Below, piece after piece: positions 41,412 through 53,212 of a stretch of DNA of 64,000 nucleotides; position 1 is the first letter of the stretch, and each line of letters begins with the position of its first letter. Source of the stretch: Stegostoma tigrinum (taxonomy: Eukaryota). The stretch is taken from positions 4,554,048-4,618,047 of the forward strand of contig NC_081391.1 of NCBI RefSeq assembly GCF_030684315.1, written 5' to 3'. A program made the translations under genes and the position numbers. The notes under the pieces are model-generated. The model was not told the origin of the DNA and ran no database searches. It saw nothing but the letters and a program-made list of their open reading frames with translations.

Positions 41412-41825
41412 TTAGATGCCCCTCTGTTTCAGATAGTTGGCCACTTCATGGACCTTCTTATTGAGCGCTCCACCATGAACACCCTTTTTGCCCATCACAA
41501 ACACCATTGTCTTGATGGTTTTCCCGATGCAGATGCTCTTGCCTTGACCGCCCTTCATCCTCACATCCATCACTCCATCATTGTTGACCATGAGGTTGTC
41601 CCTGATGACAGAACATTTCTTTCCCCCGATGGTGATGCCAGTTTGTAAGAAAGCCTTGCGATCCTGTCCTGTTAACATGCTGACCTCCTGTGGGGAGATG
41701 GCAGCCAGCACACCTCCGGGTTTTGAAGCCCAGACGGACTTGTTGTCAGCATGGCCCACAATGGCAGCATCTTCCACATTCTTATCCTTCAATATACTAT
41801 TGATGTAATTCTTCCAGTCAGACAT
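41412..41825 (-). CDS. PFN3: Profilin-3, intronless, 137 aa
   Basis: MSDWKNYI...AIVGHADN.SVWAS.PGG.LAAISPQEV..LTG.DR..FLQ.G...CSVIRD.L...MGKKGVHGG.LNK.VHE closely matches mammalian PFN3 as recalled (also 137 aa, single coding exon). A at -3 and an in-frame TAG two codons upstream fix the start. Confidence 0.93.
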   Translation of the reverse strand: MSDWKNYINSILKDKNVEDAAIVGHADNKSVWASKPGGVLAAISPQEVSMLTGQDRKAFLQTGITIGGKKCSVIRDNLMVNNDGVMDVRMKGGQGKSICIGKTIKTMVFVMGKKGVHGGALNKKVHEVANYLKQRGI

Positions 41826-41927
41826 CCTCTACTTAATCGAAGATTGTTTTCAAGCACAAACTAGTATCAGTCCTGTCTCACCAGCGGCAACGTGATACTG
41901 TGAGAGGATTGCACAGTCCTGGGGCTT

Positions 41928-41995
41928 TGTGACATCAGTGAGTGATGTCACATCCTACATTGACATGGCCTTGGCATCGCTGCAGAATGACATCA
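41928..41995. promoter_or_regulatory. Cluster of three CRE-like TGACATCA sites upstream of PFN3
   Basis: TGACATCA 41930-41937, TGATGTCA 41943-41950 and TGACATCA 41988-41995, lying 105-170 bp upstream of the ATG. Confidence 0.6.
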
Positions 41996-42819
41996 CTCTT
42001 TATGAGTTCATATCTTGTGTTCTCCTGGTGGTTAACATCTTTGTGATTCAGCAATGATCGTAGCATTTGAAGATTCATTCTGTTCCTTGAGTATCCTTTC
42101 AATTAGTAAAATTCTTCTCCCTTCCATCCTAAGAACATAGGTTTTAGGAGCAGAATTAGGCTTTCAGTCTTTCAAGCCTACTCACTTATCCAATAAGAGT
42201 TAGGTTAATCTGTTTGTGGTCTCAGCCACATCCCCTCTCTGTTTTCCAAAAATCTATCTAATTCTGCCTTAAATAACTTCAATGACACAATCTCCACCAC
42301 TTTCTGAGGAAGAGAATTCCTCAGATCTACAACCCTGCGGAGAAAATATTATCCTTATCACTGCTTTAAAAGATCCTTTGCCAGCCCTTCTTCTACTAAA
42401 GATCCTGACCTGAGCTGTGACATATTCCCCTTAATATATATGTGTCCCTTTCTCCATAAACGCATCGTGGTTCAGGATCCTTTAACTATCATAAGCCCTC
42501 TGCTGTTCATACTCTTAAAGATACTTGTTCCTCATTCCCCTTTTATCGTGAAGTCCATTGTGACCCTAGCAAAGTTGTCTCTGATTATTAGGTCATCTGT
42601 CATACATTGGTAATTCCAGTGTGCATACGTTACATATCAGAAGCAGGAGGAGCCCTTGTGAAATCACTGCCATTCATCTGTAACCTGAACACTCTAAAAT
42701 GCACTGTCACTCATACTGCACCCTGACTCACACAGGCTAAAACTTAAACTGCAGTCATCTGATCTCTTTGGACTCAATGGATTTACATGTGCTGGCACAA
42801 CCCCAAAATAGCTAACAAC

Positions 42820-43990
42820 TCCACAAGCCACATGACATCAGGTTATAGTTCAGCTGGTTTATTTGAAATAACAAGCTTTTGGAGCGCAGCCCCTTCCTCA
42901 GGTGCAGTGGATCAGAAGAGCACACACACACAGAATTTATATGCAGAGAGATAAAGGGCTAAGAGAATAAAAGATCATACAGTTGGTATGAGTGGAGTGT
43001 CAGATAATAATTCTCTGCAGATGACCAAGAGTGTTAGATGGTGATTAAAGTGTCAACAACTGAATAACCAGCAAAGGGATGATTTATAATCCGATTAAAT
43101 GAAGCAGAGAGCTAATTACAAAAAATTAAAAATAAAGTGGTGCTGGAGACAAACTAAACTCAAATAACATGATAGGTATAAGAGTCACATGCTGAGGGTC
43201 CAACCAAAGTAAGTAATAATCCAAAACTGTACAAACTAATTAAGGTAGAGAGAGCATAACAATTTATCAAGGCGTTGCTGTCAAAACAGGACACGAAGGA
43301 AGATTTTACAGATACAGAACAGTGTAGTGGAGGTCACCCGTAGCACAACATGAATTCAAAATCACGCTTGAGGCCATCTTCATGGGTCTGGAACTTGGCT
43401 GTCAGTCTCTGCTTGGCAATTCTGCGTTATTGTGTATCTCAGAGACTGCCTTGGAGGAAATGTTTGCCCGGAGATCGAAGGCTGAGTGTCCTTGACTGTT
43501 GAAGTTTTCACCGAATGGGAGGGGACATTCCTGTCTGATGATTGTTGCGCAGTGTCCATTCATCTGTTGTCATAGTGTAACTTTATCTCGCCAATATACC
43601 ATGCCTTGAGGCATTCTTGCCTACAGCGTATGAGATAGATAACATTGGCAGAGTCATTTGAGTTTCACATGGTGGCTGGTGTTCCCATGTATGATGATAG
43701 TGTCATTTTGATGATCTGACGTGCCTTTCAGAGGTTACCATGACTGGGTTGTGTGGTGTTGTGTTCAATGTTGTCCTGAAGGCCGTGAGCAATGGCCTGT
43801 TTAAAGTTTGACGATGAGAAGTGGCGAGATGCTCATTGCCATCAATGACATGTTGAAGGCTGCAAAGAACATGGTGTAGATTTTTCACTTTGGGGAAGTA
43901 CTGGACGATGAAAGGCACTCTATTGATCTTACCTGTGTTTGTTTTCTGAGGGGGTCATTGCGTTTTTTTTCTCTGTGGCATATCTAACAA
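42820..43990 (-). mobile_element. Second Penelope-like family, GIY-YIG 3' fragment with terminal repeat
   Basis: Minus strand reads DSANVIYLIRCRQECLKAWYIGE near 43590-43655. Hammerhead-like CACCTGAGGAAGGGGCTGCGCTCCAAAAGCTT at 42873-42904. Confidence 0.75.
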
Positions 43991-44171
43991 CACCAACGTG
44001 GAGTAAAGGCCTGTGGAGAAGGTCACTGATATGACACTGTAGGATATCAACGTAGATAAGTGTGAACTAGTAGAAGGAACAGGAAGACACATTAACCTTT
44101 GTTAATAACTGTTCAACTGGAGTAGAGGAACAGTGGAATTTGGGGAAATGCAGATAAACAAACACTGAAAG

Positions 44172-44270
44172 TCCTGAGGAAGGGTCACTCAACCTGAAAT
44201 TTTATTTCTGATTTCTCTCCACAGATGCTGCCAGACCTGCTGAGCTTTTCCATCAGTTTCTATTTTTGTA
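44172..44270 (+). mobile_element. Solo PLE-derived short insertion with hammerhead remnant and 8-bp direct repeat
   Basis: ACTGAAAG at 44164-44171 and 44271-44278. Insert begins TCCTGAGGAAGGGTCACTCAACCTGAAA. Confidence 0.7.
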
Positions 44271-44309
44271 ACTGAAAGGAGCAGCCCAGGTTAATAAGGA
44301 TATTGTCTA

Positions 44310-44715
44310 TAAGAGAGTTTAGAAAAATGAGAGGCGACCTTATTGAAATATACAAGATTCTTCGGGGACCTGACAGGGTTGATGTGCAAAGTTTACTACC
44401 CCTTGTGTTGAGTCTAGGACCATGAAGCATAATTTCGGAATGAGTTCACCAATTTAAGACATTTGAGAAAGAATTTTTCTTCTGTCAGAAGGTAGTGAAT
44501 CTGTGGAAATCTTTGCTGCAGAGGGTTTTAGAGACAGGGACATTAAGTATAATCAAGGCTGAGATGGACGGATTTTTAATCAATAATGGAATCAAGGGTT
44601 ATGAAAAAAATGAAGGAACGTGGAGTTGAGGATTATCAGATCAGTCACTATCGTATTGAATGGCGAAGCAGACTTGGACTGAATGGTCTACTTCTCTTAT
44701 GTTTTATGGTCTTAT
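44310..44715 (+). mobile_element. CR1-type LINE 3' fragment
   Basis: GAGTTTAGAAAAATGAGAGGCGACCTTATTGAAATATACAAGATTC through to the tail TGAATGGTCTACTTCTCTTATGTTTTATGGTCTTAT. Confidence 0.75.
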
Positions 44716-47700
44716 TAATAAAGCAAACAGGGTCATACTTCATTTATTGAGAGACAGGTTGAAAAGCAGACATATTATGTAGGAACACCACCACCTGCAA
44801 GTTCCTCTCCGAACCACTGTCCATCCTCTTGGAAATATAGTGCCACTTCTTCGTTGCCCCACCCTGACACCATTGTAGGAGTATGACCACCAGATTGACT
44901 GAACTCACCACTACCCTGTCAAGGGTAAGTCGGGATGAGCACTGAGTGGTGGCCTAGCCAGCGTCACCCAAATCCCATGAATGAATAAAATGTAAGTCCT
45001 GCTATTCATATCATTATCATTTGTGAGTTTGCTTATTTGTGCAAAACATTCTATGCACGTTTCAACCTTCGTGACTCCCACTGTTTGTTTATCTGTGGTT
45101 TTCAGAAACATTAGAATAAAACTTGGAGAAAATGCCAAAACAAGTGAAAATGAGTCTAAATAAATGTTTTTTAAAAACTAACTTATGAAGGGTGTTCATG
45201 ATATCCTGCATTGTATTTACCAGATTAAAACGTTTGCAGTTTGTGTATGGTTTGTCATGTTGCTCCCTCGACTGTTTACCCACGGTGTCCATTGTTGTTC
45301 CAATGTAGTACATAATTTAGTAAAGATGTGTCACAAATTTTATATGTTTATTTCCTTAACTAGCATTTCCAGATGGATATTGTTATATTTATGAAAACAT
45401 TGATTTTAGGTGTCAGTTCTCTTCAGCTACATACTGTACATTTTTGAATATTTGGAACCTATTCAAATGACTCTCATAAAATATTTTCAGGTTTTCCTGG
45501 AACATAACCTCCTGAGAACGGAGTGACTTTATTGTTTGAACTTGTGTTTTAGCTTTTTCAATCATACTTGAAACAATTAATATAAAAAGGGTATAGAGGG
45601 ATGGGAAAAAGTGCAAAGATTTACCTGAATGATGCTAAAACTGACGTGTTTTATTAGCCAAGAAAGATTGCAAAATTTAGACGAAAGAAGAATGTGAGAG
45701 GTAGTGTGATGTTTAAGATTCTAAAAAAGTGGTTTGATATGATAGTTGTAAAGAAGATGTTTCCATTTGCGGTGAAAGACCAGAACCAAGGGCCATAAAG
45801 GTAATAAGTAAAAATTTGGTTTTCACATTACGATGAGGTTAGTTAATCTTAACTAAACGTGAATTGCATTTAAAGCAATAGCTTAAAATAACCACAATTT
45901 AGAACTGATAAAATTAAGAAAAAATTAGCAAATTTCCAAATTGTCCTTCAGGCACCTTTCCAAATAACTGTTCAAGCAATATTAACTGCATTAAAAGCAA
46001 GCAATGTCAATTGAACAAAATCTTTATAGCATTGTAAAAAGGCTCAAACACATCTGAATGGAGGTGTAGTCAGTGACAGCAGAGTGAGCACTCACGGCCT
46101 TAAAGAGTCCTAAACCCCTGAGACTTGGATCAGGACTAAGTGGCAAAATCACCCCTTTCGTCCTCCTATATACGTTCATAGACTAATTTATATTTTTCTT
46201 CTATTCATCATTTTTGATTTTTGGTTGGCTGTTACCTGACCCCGTTCTTTACCAATTCAGAATCTCAAAGTTGAAGAAACCGGTACTGAGCTTGTTGAAC
46301 AGATTGAATGAGGGTAGATTTGATCCAAGTTTTCAAGATTACAATAGGAGCTTAAATCTTGAGGCACAGTGGCAAGTGCCCCCACCTCTGAGCTAGAATC
46401 TCCAAGCTCGAGTCCCACTCCAGGACTTGATGGTCAAGAAGGGAGTGTTCACAATGGGGCTAAACACAGTGAGTCTCAATCTGAAAATCCCTCTGGCATG
46501 CCAGTGGTAGGTGATAAAAGTGGGAAAGATTTCCAGAAGGAATAGCACCATATTACAACATGCATATAAAAGTATATATTGATACAGAAACTTGGATGTC
46601 CTGGGGTAGCAGAACCCAACACAAGCTGATGAAAGGCTTAGAAAGGTTTGACGAAGTTGTTCATATTAGCTGATTGTACAAGGATGAGGAGACGCAGATT
46701 GTGGGCTTTGATGAAGAAACATGAGGGGCTAACCCAATTGATCTGCAGAGAGTAGGCATGGATTTGATGGGCTGAACAGTCTACTTCAGTGTTTTGGTGA
46801 CTGTTATTGGTAACCGATGTCTGTGCTCAACCCTGTCACCTCCTGCACAATTCTTGACTTTTCCCTGTTTTTGTAAGGGAAGGATGAATGATATTGTGAA
46901 AGGATTCCTGGCTGCTCATTCAAGAGACTCTGCACCTTTCCCAGGTTACCCTCTGGAGCTGCAATGACTTTCTCTTACTGGTGATTTCCAAATTTCACAG
47001 TCCCTTAGTCCGTGGAGGTGAAATTGGATTATATACTCTGCTGACTCCTGCCACTGCTGGTAACTTAGTAGTGGCGGTGAGAGCTAAGATCACTGGTGCA
47101 GTGAGGCGTGTACCTCTGTGTCTTAATGTTGGTGAGTAGCTGCAGTCCCAGCAATGATCATCGCTCCTGCCATGACTGAAGAGGTGCAGGCCGTTTGGTT
47201 AATCAGCAATCTAGCAGGTGGATCTTCCTCACAGTTGGGGGTGCAAATCTCACTCGGGCTCAGTTAACACCTGATGATTGTCTCTGCCCCAACATTCTCA
47301 ACTTTATTTCAACTTGAATCATTAACTCTGTTTTCTCTCTATAGATACTGTCAGACTTGCTGAGTTTATCCAATTTCTGATTTTTGTTTGTTTCACATGT
47401 TCAGCATCTGTAAGTATTCACTTAGTAGTTGACAGATTCTTCTTAAACAAGGGAATGAAATGTTATCAGGGCATAGGCAGGAATATAGATTTGAGGTCAC
47501 AATAAACTCAACCATGGTCAAATTGAATGACCAAGCATTATTGAGGGGTTGAATGGCCGACACTTGCTCCTAATTTGCATGTTCATATGTTTGTGAAAGA
47601 GAAAGTGGTGGCAAAAGTACTTTTTAGGAGTTTGGTAACTTAGATGTATGGGTGTCCCCAAGACACTGCTGCATTTAATAACAATTTATTTAACTTCTTT

Positions 47701-49479
47701 TATCTCCATTGGCTGTCTATGGTCACCCACATTGATGAGTTGTCTGGTCTTCTGCTGTAAGACCTATAGTATCAGCTGGAGAATGGGGTCGGGGGGACAG
47801 TGGTGGGCAGGGGTGGAATTTCACATGGTTAGTGGTGGAGCAGGGGTATGGGGAAATGTTAATGTATTGGAGGCAGGGTGAGGAGGTGATCAGAGTAGTG
47901 GTTAATTGAGGTGGAGGGGCATGTTTGTTGGATTGAAAGGAATGGTGTTCATTTGGCTGAAGATCAAAATGATCAATGAGGGGTCAGACGTTGCAGGTAA
48001 GTAGGAATGTGGGAAGGATGAGTTGAAAAGGTGTTTTGGGGAAGGGTAATGGTGGCTTGGCATCCGGTGCTTAGTTAGGGGCCAAAAGCATGTAAGGCAA
48101 ATTGAGTGAAAAGGCAAAAGTTTTGATCCTTTTAGTAGCTGAGTTATTCAAGGCAGGCCTAGGTTAAACTTAAAATTTTTACCACTTATTTGCCTTCCGT
48201 TAAATGTTCACGTCAGCTGGTGTTCATATTTATTGTTTCCACATTTTAACCTTGCACAAACTGAAAGCAGTTGATTTTTTCGTGGTAAAATTTCTCTTCT
48301 GCAAGTGCTTCTGTAATTACCCCTTTCATCTTTGACTTTTCTAATTGATTCCATTGGCTTCCATCCCATTCCTCAAACTTGCAAAACATCACGTCTAAAT
48401 ACACTTACTTTTCTTTTAAAAATGCTTTAACTTGCCAGAGCTTTGTCCTGTAAATGTAATCTAGGGCAGCATTAAAGAATCTAGCACAAAACTGCCCCAG
48501 GACATTTACATGGGTCTCTCAGGTCCACCTGTGTCCATTACCAGATATATCATTGAAAAATACAAAACACATTTCATGTAAAGCTACATCTTCTGCCTCA
48601 CATTTGCAATAACAAACTTAGACAATTTGTCAAACTTCGATTGTATTTCAGATGATGTTTTTATTCCAACATGCAACTTTTTTAAAAGCAGGCTGCAGGA
48701 CCTGAATTGAAGACATTAAAATGTTTTTTAATATATCCAGACCCGAAAAGTCAGCTTCCCTGCTTCACTGATGCTGCCTGGCCTGCTGTGTTCATCCAGC
48801 TCGACACCTTGTTATCTCAGACTTCAACATTGGCAGTTCCTACTATCTCTAGCCTTGATATGTCACCTTAGAAAAGCTTTAATATCAACGATGTTCCAGA
48901 CACAGATCTTGCATTGTTGTTTGTGGAGAAACTATGTTAACCTCGACACAGTATTGCTGTAAAAGGACTTCAGTGGTTATAAATGTGCTTTGGGTCATTA
49001 TAAGATAATGCATGAGTGTAGAAAGTATTCACAAGAATAGTTATAGGGATGAGAACTTACCATAATGGGGGACCTGTGATCATTTTCAGACTTCTCCTGG
49101 TGGTACCCATTGCTGGAATTTTGGTGCTGCCTGGAGTCATGGAGCTGCTTGCTAGTCAATCCTGAGGGCAGGACTTCCTTCCCCTGCAGGGATGGAAAGC
49201 AATGCTGTCAGCTAATGTAGCCCACTTGCAGTGAGTTATGGCTATGAGGTGATGACTTCTTTCTGGTAGGGTTGGGAGAGAGGAGGCAGTCTTTGATCTC
49301 ATCATTTGGAAAGATTTCACATGATATCTCTTGGACCAACGTGGAATGCCATCGCCTACAATTCTGTCCATGCACTGTGCTGCACCTCTCAACAGGTAAC
49401 TTAAATGTCATCTATAAATCTGAAAATACAATTTTTGGTAATCTTCTGCATGAACTGAATATTGTGAAAAACTGAGGCC

Positions 49480-50256
49480 ACAGAACAGATTCCTGCGGGT
49501 TCAGAAATTGAACTGGACTCGTCATGTAAGTATAGTGGTTACAAGAGCAGGCCACAGGCTACAAATGCTGAACAAGTACTCACTTTCTGTTTACCCAAAG
49601 CCAGTCCAGCATCTTCAAGGCACAAATCAGCAGTGTGATCCATTTGCCTGGATTAGTGAAATTTTAATAGCACTCAGGAATCTTGACACCAGCCAGGACA
49701 AAGCACCCTGCTTGACACCACATCCACAAGCACTCAGTCTCTCTATTACAGCTGCTCAGTAGCAGCAATGTGTACATCTACAAGATGCACTGCAGAAATT
49801 TGGAAAAGATCCTTCAGACAGCACCTTCCAAACTCATGACCACTTCCATCTAGACAGACTTGGATAGCAGAAAAATGGGAATGCTACAACTGCATGTTCC
49901 CCTCCAAGCCAATTGTCATCCTGACTTGGAAATAGAATTTAGAACAATGCAGCGCAGAACAAGCCCTTCGGCCCTCGATGTTGCGCCGACCTGTGAACTA
50001 ATCTAAGCCCCTCCCCCTACACTATCCCATCATTATCCATATGCTTATCCAAGGAAATATACCTATGTTCCTTCCTTGTCGCTTGGTCGAAATCCTGGAG
50101 TTTCTTCCCTAATGGCATTGTGAATCAAACTACAGCAAATAGTCTGCAGCGATTCAAGATGGTAGCTCACCACCACCTTGTCAAGGGCAAGTAGGGCCAG
50201 GCAATAAGTGCTGGGCCAGTCAGCAAGGCTCACTTTCCATGAGTGAATTAAAAAAG
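49480..50256 (+). mobile_element. LINE 3' region of a different family, sharing its tail with the second SINE family; interrupted by a minus-strand fragment (~49935-50055)
   Basis: Blocks TACAAGATGCACTG, CCCCTCCAAGCCA, TCCTGACTTGGAAATA and CTCACCACCACCT recur near 13540-13760 (minus), 20600-20880 and 44780-44990. Family not named. Confidence 0.5.
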
Positions 50257-50570
50257 AAATATTTGTTATAACATGCCAAACAACTTCCTTTCTTCCTAAA
50301 CTTTGCTTCCCAACACTCAACCTTGAAACTTGTTGTGTGAATTAAACTAATTTCTTTCAATAATCAGACATCTTGTGGTTCAGTGGATAGTATCTATGTC
50401 TCTTTGCCCAGGAGTTCCAGGTTTGAAGCCCGCTGCAGGAACTGGTGGACAAGGAAGGTGCATTTGGAATGCAGCCAAGTAGGTTGGGTATACCCAACAG
50501 AGATTCCTAGTCAACCATGTGAAAGAAAGAACATTGAAGGCTTACATTCACTACCAATACCTCCAGGCTA

Positions 50571-50754
50571 CAGAAACCAAAAGAACTGCAGATGCTGTAA
50601 ATCAAGAACAAAAACAAAGTTGCTGGAAAAGCTCAGCAGGCCTGGCAGCATCTGTAAAGGAGAAAATAGAGTTAACGTTTCAGGTCCGGTGACCCTTCCT
50701 CAGAACGCTTTCTGCCAGGGCTGCTAAGCTTTTCCAGAAACTTTGTTTTTGTTT
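50571..50754 (-). mobile_element. Short PLE-derived insertion with inverted duplication, hammerhead and 11-bp target-site duplication
   Basis: CCTCCAGGCTA at 50560-50570 and 50755-50765. About 42-bp imperfect inverted repeats (~50605-50648 and ~50712-50753) flank the ribozyme. Confidence 0.85.
50671..50706 (-). ncRNA. Intact minimal type I hammerhead ribozyme motif
   Basis: Minus strand GTT-CTGAGGA-A-GGGTC-ACCG-GACCT-GAAA-C-GTT-AAC. Helix I GUU/AAC, CUGAnGA box, 5-bp helix II, GAAA box, palindromic ACGU helix III, GUU cleavage triplet. Confidence 0.8.
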
Positions 50755-53084
50755 CCTCCAGGCTAATATGTGTGTGTAAAATTATATGTTCCTGCAGGAA
50801 TAATGTGTAATGCAGAACCTTCCAGAAGTCTACTATAAACAGTATCCATATCCCTTATGAACTATGGCCTCCTGGAAACGTATTACTGGATGGGTCTTAC
50901 CAAATCCATGCTGACTCTTTCTGTTCACCTCAGACATGCCAAAATATTCAGTCACTATCTCTCATTATAGATTCCAGCAATTTTCCTACAACTGACAAAC
51001 TGTGCTTTCCTAGGGCTGAGTCTTCCAATCTCTGAAACTCTTCCAGGTTTGGGACCGTTTCTGGGCCCAAAACTGGCATGTTCCATTGCGCTGCACTCCT
51101 TCTCGTTAATACAGGAGAGGGATACCAAATAACTTGCACTTTCACTGTACAGTTATTGATATTATTGGGTGTTAGATTTTCCATGAGGCGACATCTGGGA
51201 ATAGACCACACAGTCAGGGACACATCTTTTGGCATGACGGGACATTAAATCCTCAAATTCACTCTGAACTTCTGGTAAAATTTGCCCCAGGCCATCACCA
51301 CTGTTTTTCATTTCTAATAAGAAATTGCTAATCCAAAGATGTAATTGTCCAGATTTGAAAGTTTCCCAACAGCACTTCTTGTTTTGACAAAGGTAAAATC
51401 CTGCAGCTGCTGAAAACCTGAAATGAATACAGAAAGTGTTGGGGAAATTCAAAAGGTCTGGCAGTGTCAGTAGAGAGAGAAACAGCGAATGATGGCCTTG
51501 CAGCAAAATTTTAGGGAGTGCAATCACTGTCATAAAATAGAAAAGGCTTAAACTAGGTTGTGCACAGCAAGGTCCCATAAACAACATTTGATAAATGACT
51601 AGATAATCTCTTTGTGATGTTGATTGCAGGATAAATGTTGACCTGAACACCAGCAAGAACTTCCTGCTCTGATTGGAAGTAGTGTCATAGGAATGTTTAT
51701 GTCTATCTAACAGGGCAAGTGGGTTTACTGTTTTGCTTAAAAGATGGCTTTTATAATGCTGTACCATTCCCACAGATCGTAAGAGCATAATAATTTGGGA
51801 CAGGATTGGCCATTCAGCCCATCAAATCTGCTTCACATTTCAATGAAACCATGCCTGATCTGATTTACTCAACTCCATTTTCCTGCCTTATCCCAATAAT
51901 TGGTTCTTGATTCTTTTACTGATTAAAAATCTGTCTATCTCAGTCTTACATATATTTAGCGAACCAGTCTTGTCGGACCTGTGTGGTAAAGAATTTCACA
52001 GATCCACCACCTTCCGAAGAAGAAATTTCTCCTCATCTGTTTTACATGGGAAACCCTTGACGGTGATTATGCTTTCTGGTCCTAGGCCCTCCCATGAGGG
52101 GACATAACATTCCCACATTTACCCTGTTATGTCCCCTAAGAATTTTGTTTATTTCAATAGGTTTCCTTTTGTTCTTCTAAATTCTAATAAATATAGGCTG
52201 CACCCACTCAACCTCTCACTATGAGAAAATCCCACCATACCCATAATAGTGAATGTTTTACCACAGGACTGCGTTGGAATGTCAGCCTGATTTTGTGCTG
52301 TGGTCCTAGAGTAGGACTTGACACCATACCTGTTACTTAAAGGTGAGAATGCAGTCAGTTGTACCATCTGCAACATGCCCGCCTATTTCTTTTGTCTCGC
52401 CACTCCCCAGGAGAAACAGAAACAGTTAGGTGTAGGAGATCTACCACTCTGAAAATCTATAATTTTCTCTATTATCATTCTTCTAATATAATTGAGAATT
52501 GAATCCATTAACTTACCTTAAAATGTTTGTAGGAAGTTGAGGGTGATCTTGGAGAGGCTTACGAAATTAGGGGAGTAGATAATGTAAATGGCAGGATTTT
52601 TCTCCCTAGGATGGGCATTCAAGACTAGGGGTCATATTTGTGAGGTGAGAGGAGAAAGATATTGAAAAGGGCAGGAGGGCTGACTTTTTCTTACACAGAG
52701 AGTGATTCGTGTGTAGAATGAACTTTCAGAGGAAGTGGCATATGCGAGTACTGGTTAAATACATGAATAGAAAAGGTTTGGAGGGATATGGGCCAAGTGC
52801 AGACAGGTAGGGCTAGTTTAGTTTGGGATTATGGTTGGCATAGACTGGTTGGACTGAATCGTCTAGTTCCGTGCTGTAAGACTCAGTGACTGTATGAAGG
52901 CATTGCTACTATTGCAAGTATTTTAAAGGGCCAATACCTCCCCTTCGATGCCAGATTTTTCAGAGTTGGTTTGACTGAGGGCCCCTTTCAAATGGAAGCT
53001 GGGACGTTATTCCAAGATTTTGGGAATGCCTTTGAAGGCAGTGGACTGGCTCAAACCAGGAATCATCTTGCGCTATTTCTGACC

Positions 53085-53212
53085 TTTTTGCATTCTGTTG
53101 ACTCACTACACACAGCTTTTCGTATTCCATTGACTCACTACATAAACTGCACTGTCACCACATACACCTTTTCATATTCCATTGACTCACTACATAAACT
53201 GCACTGCCACCG
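53085..53212. repeat. Short tandem triplication carrying three TGACTCA (AP-1 consensus) sites
   Basis: TGACTCACTACA at 53099, 53131 and 53183. The last two copies share TATTCCATTGACTCACTACATAAACTGCACTG. Confidence 0.8.
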
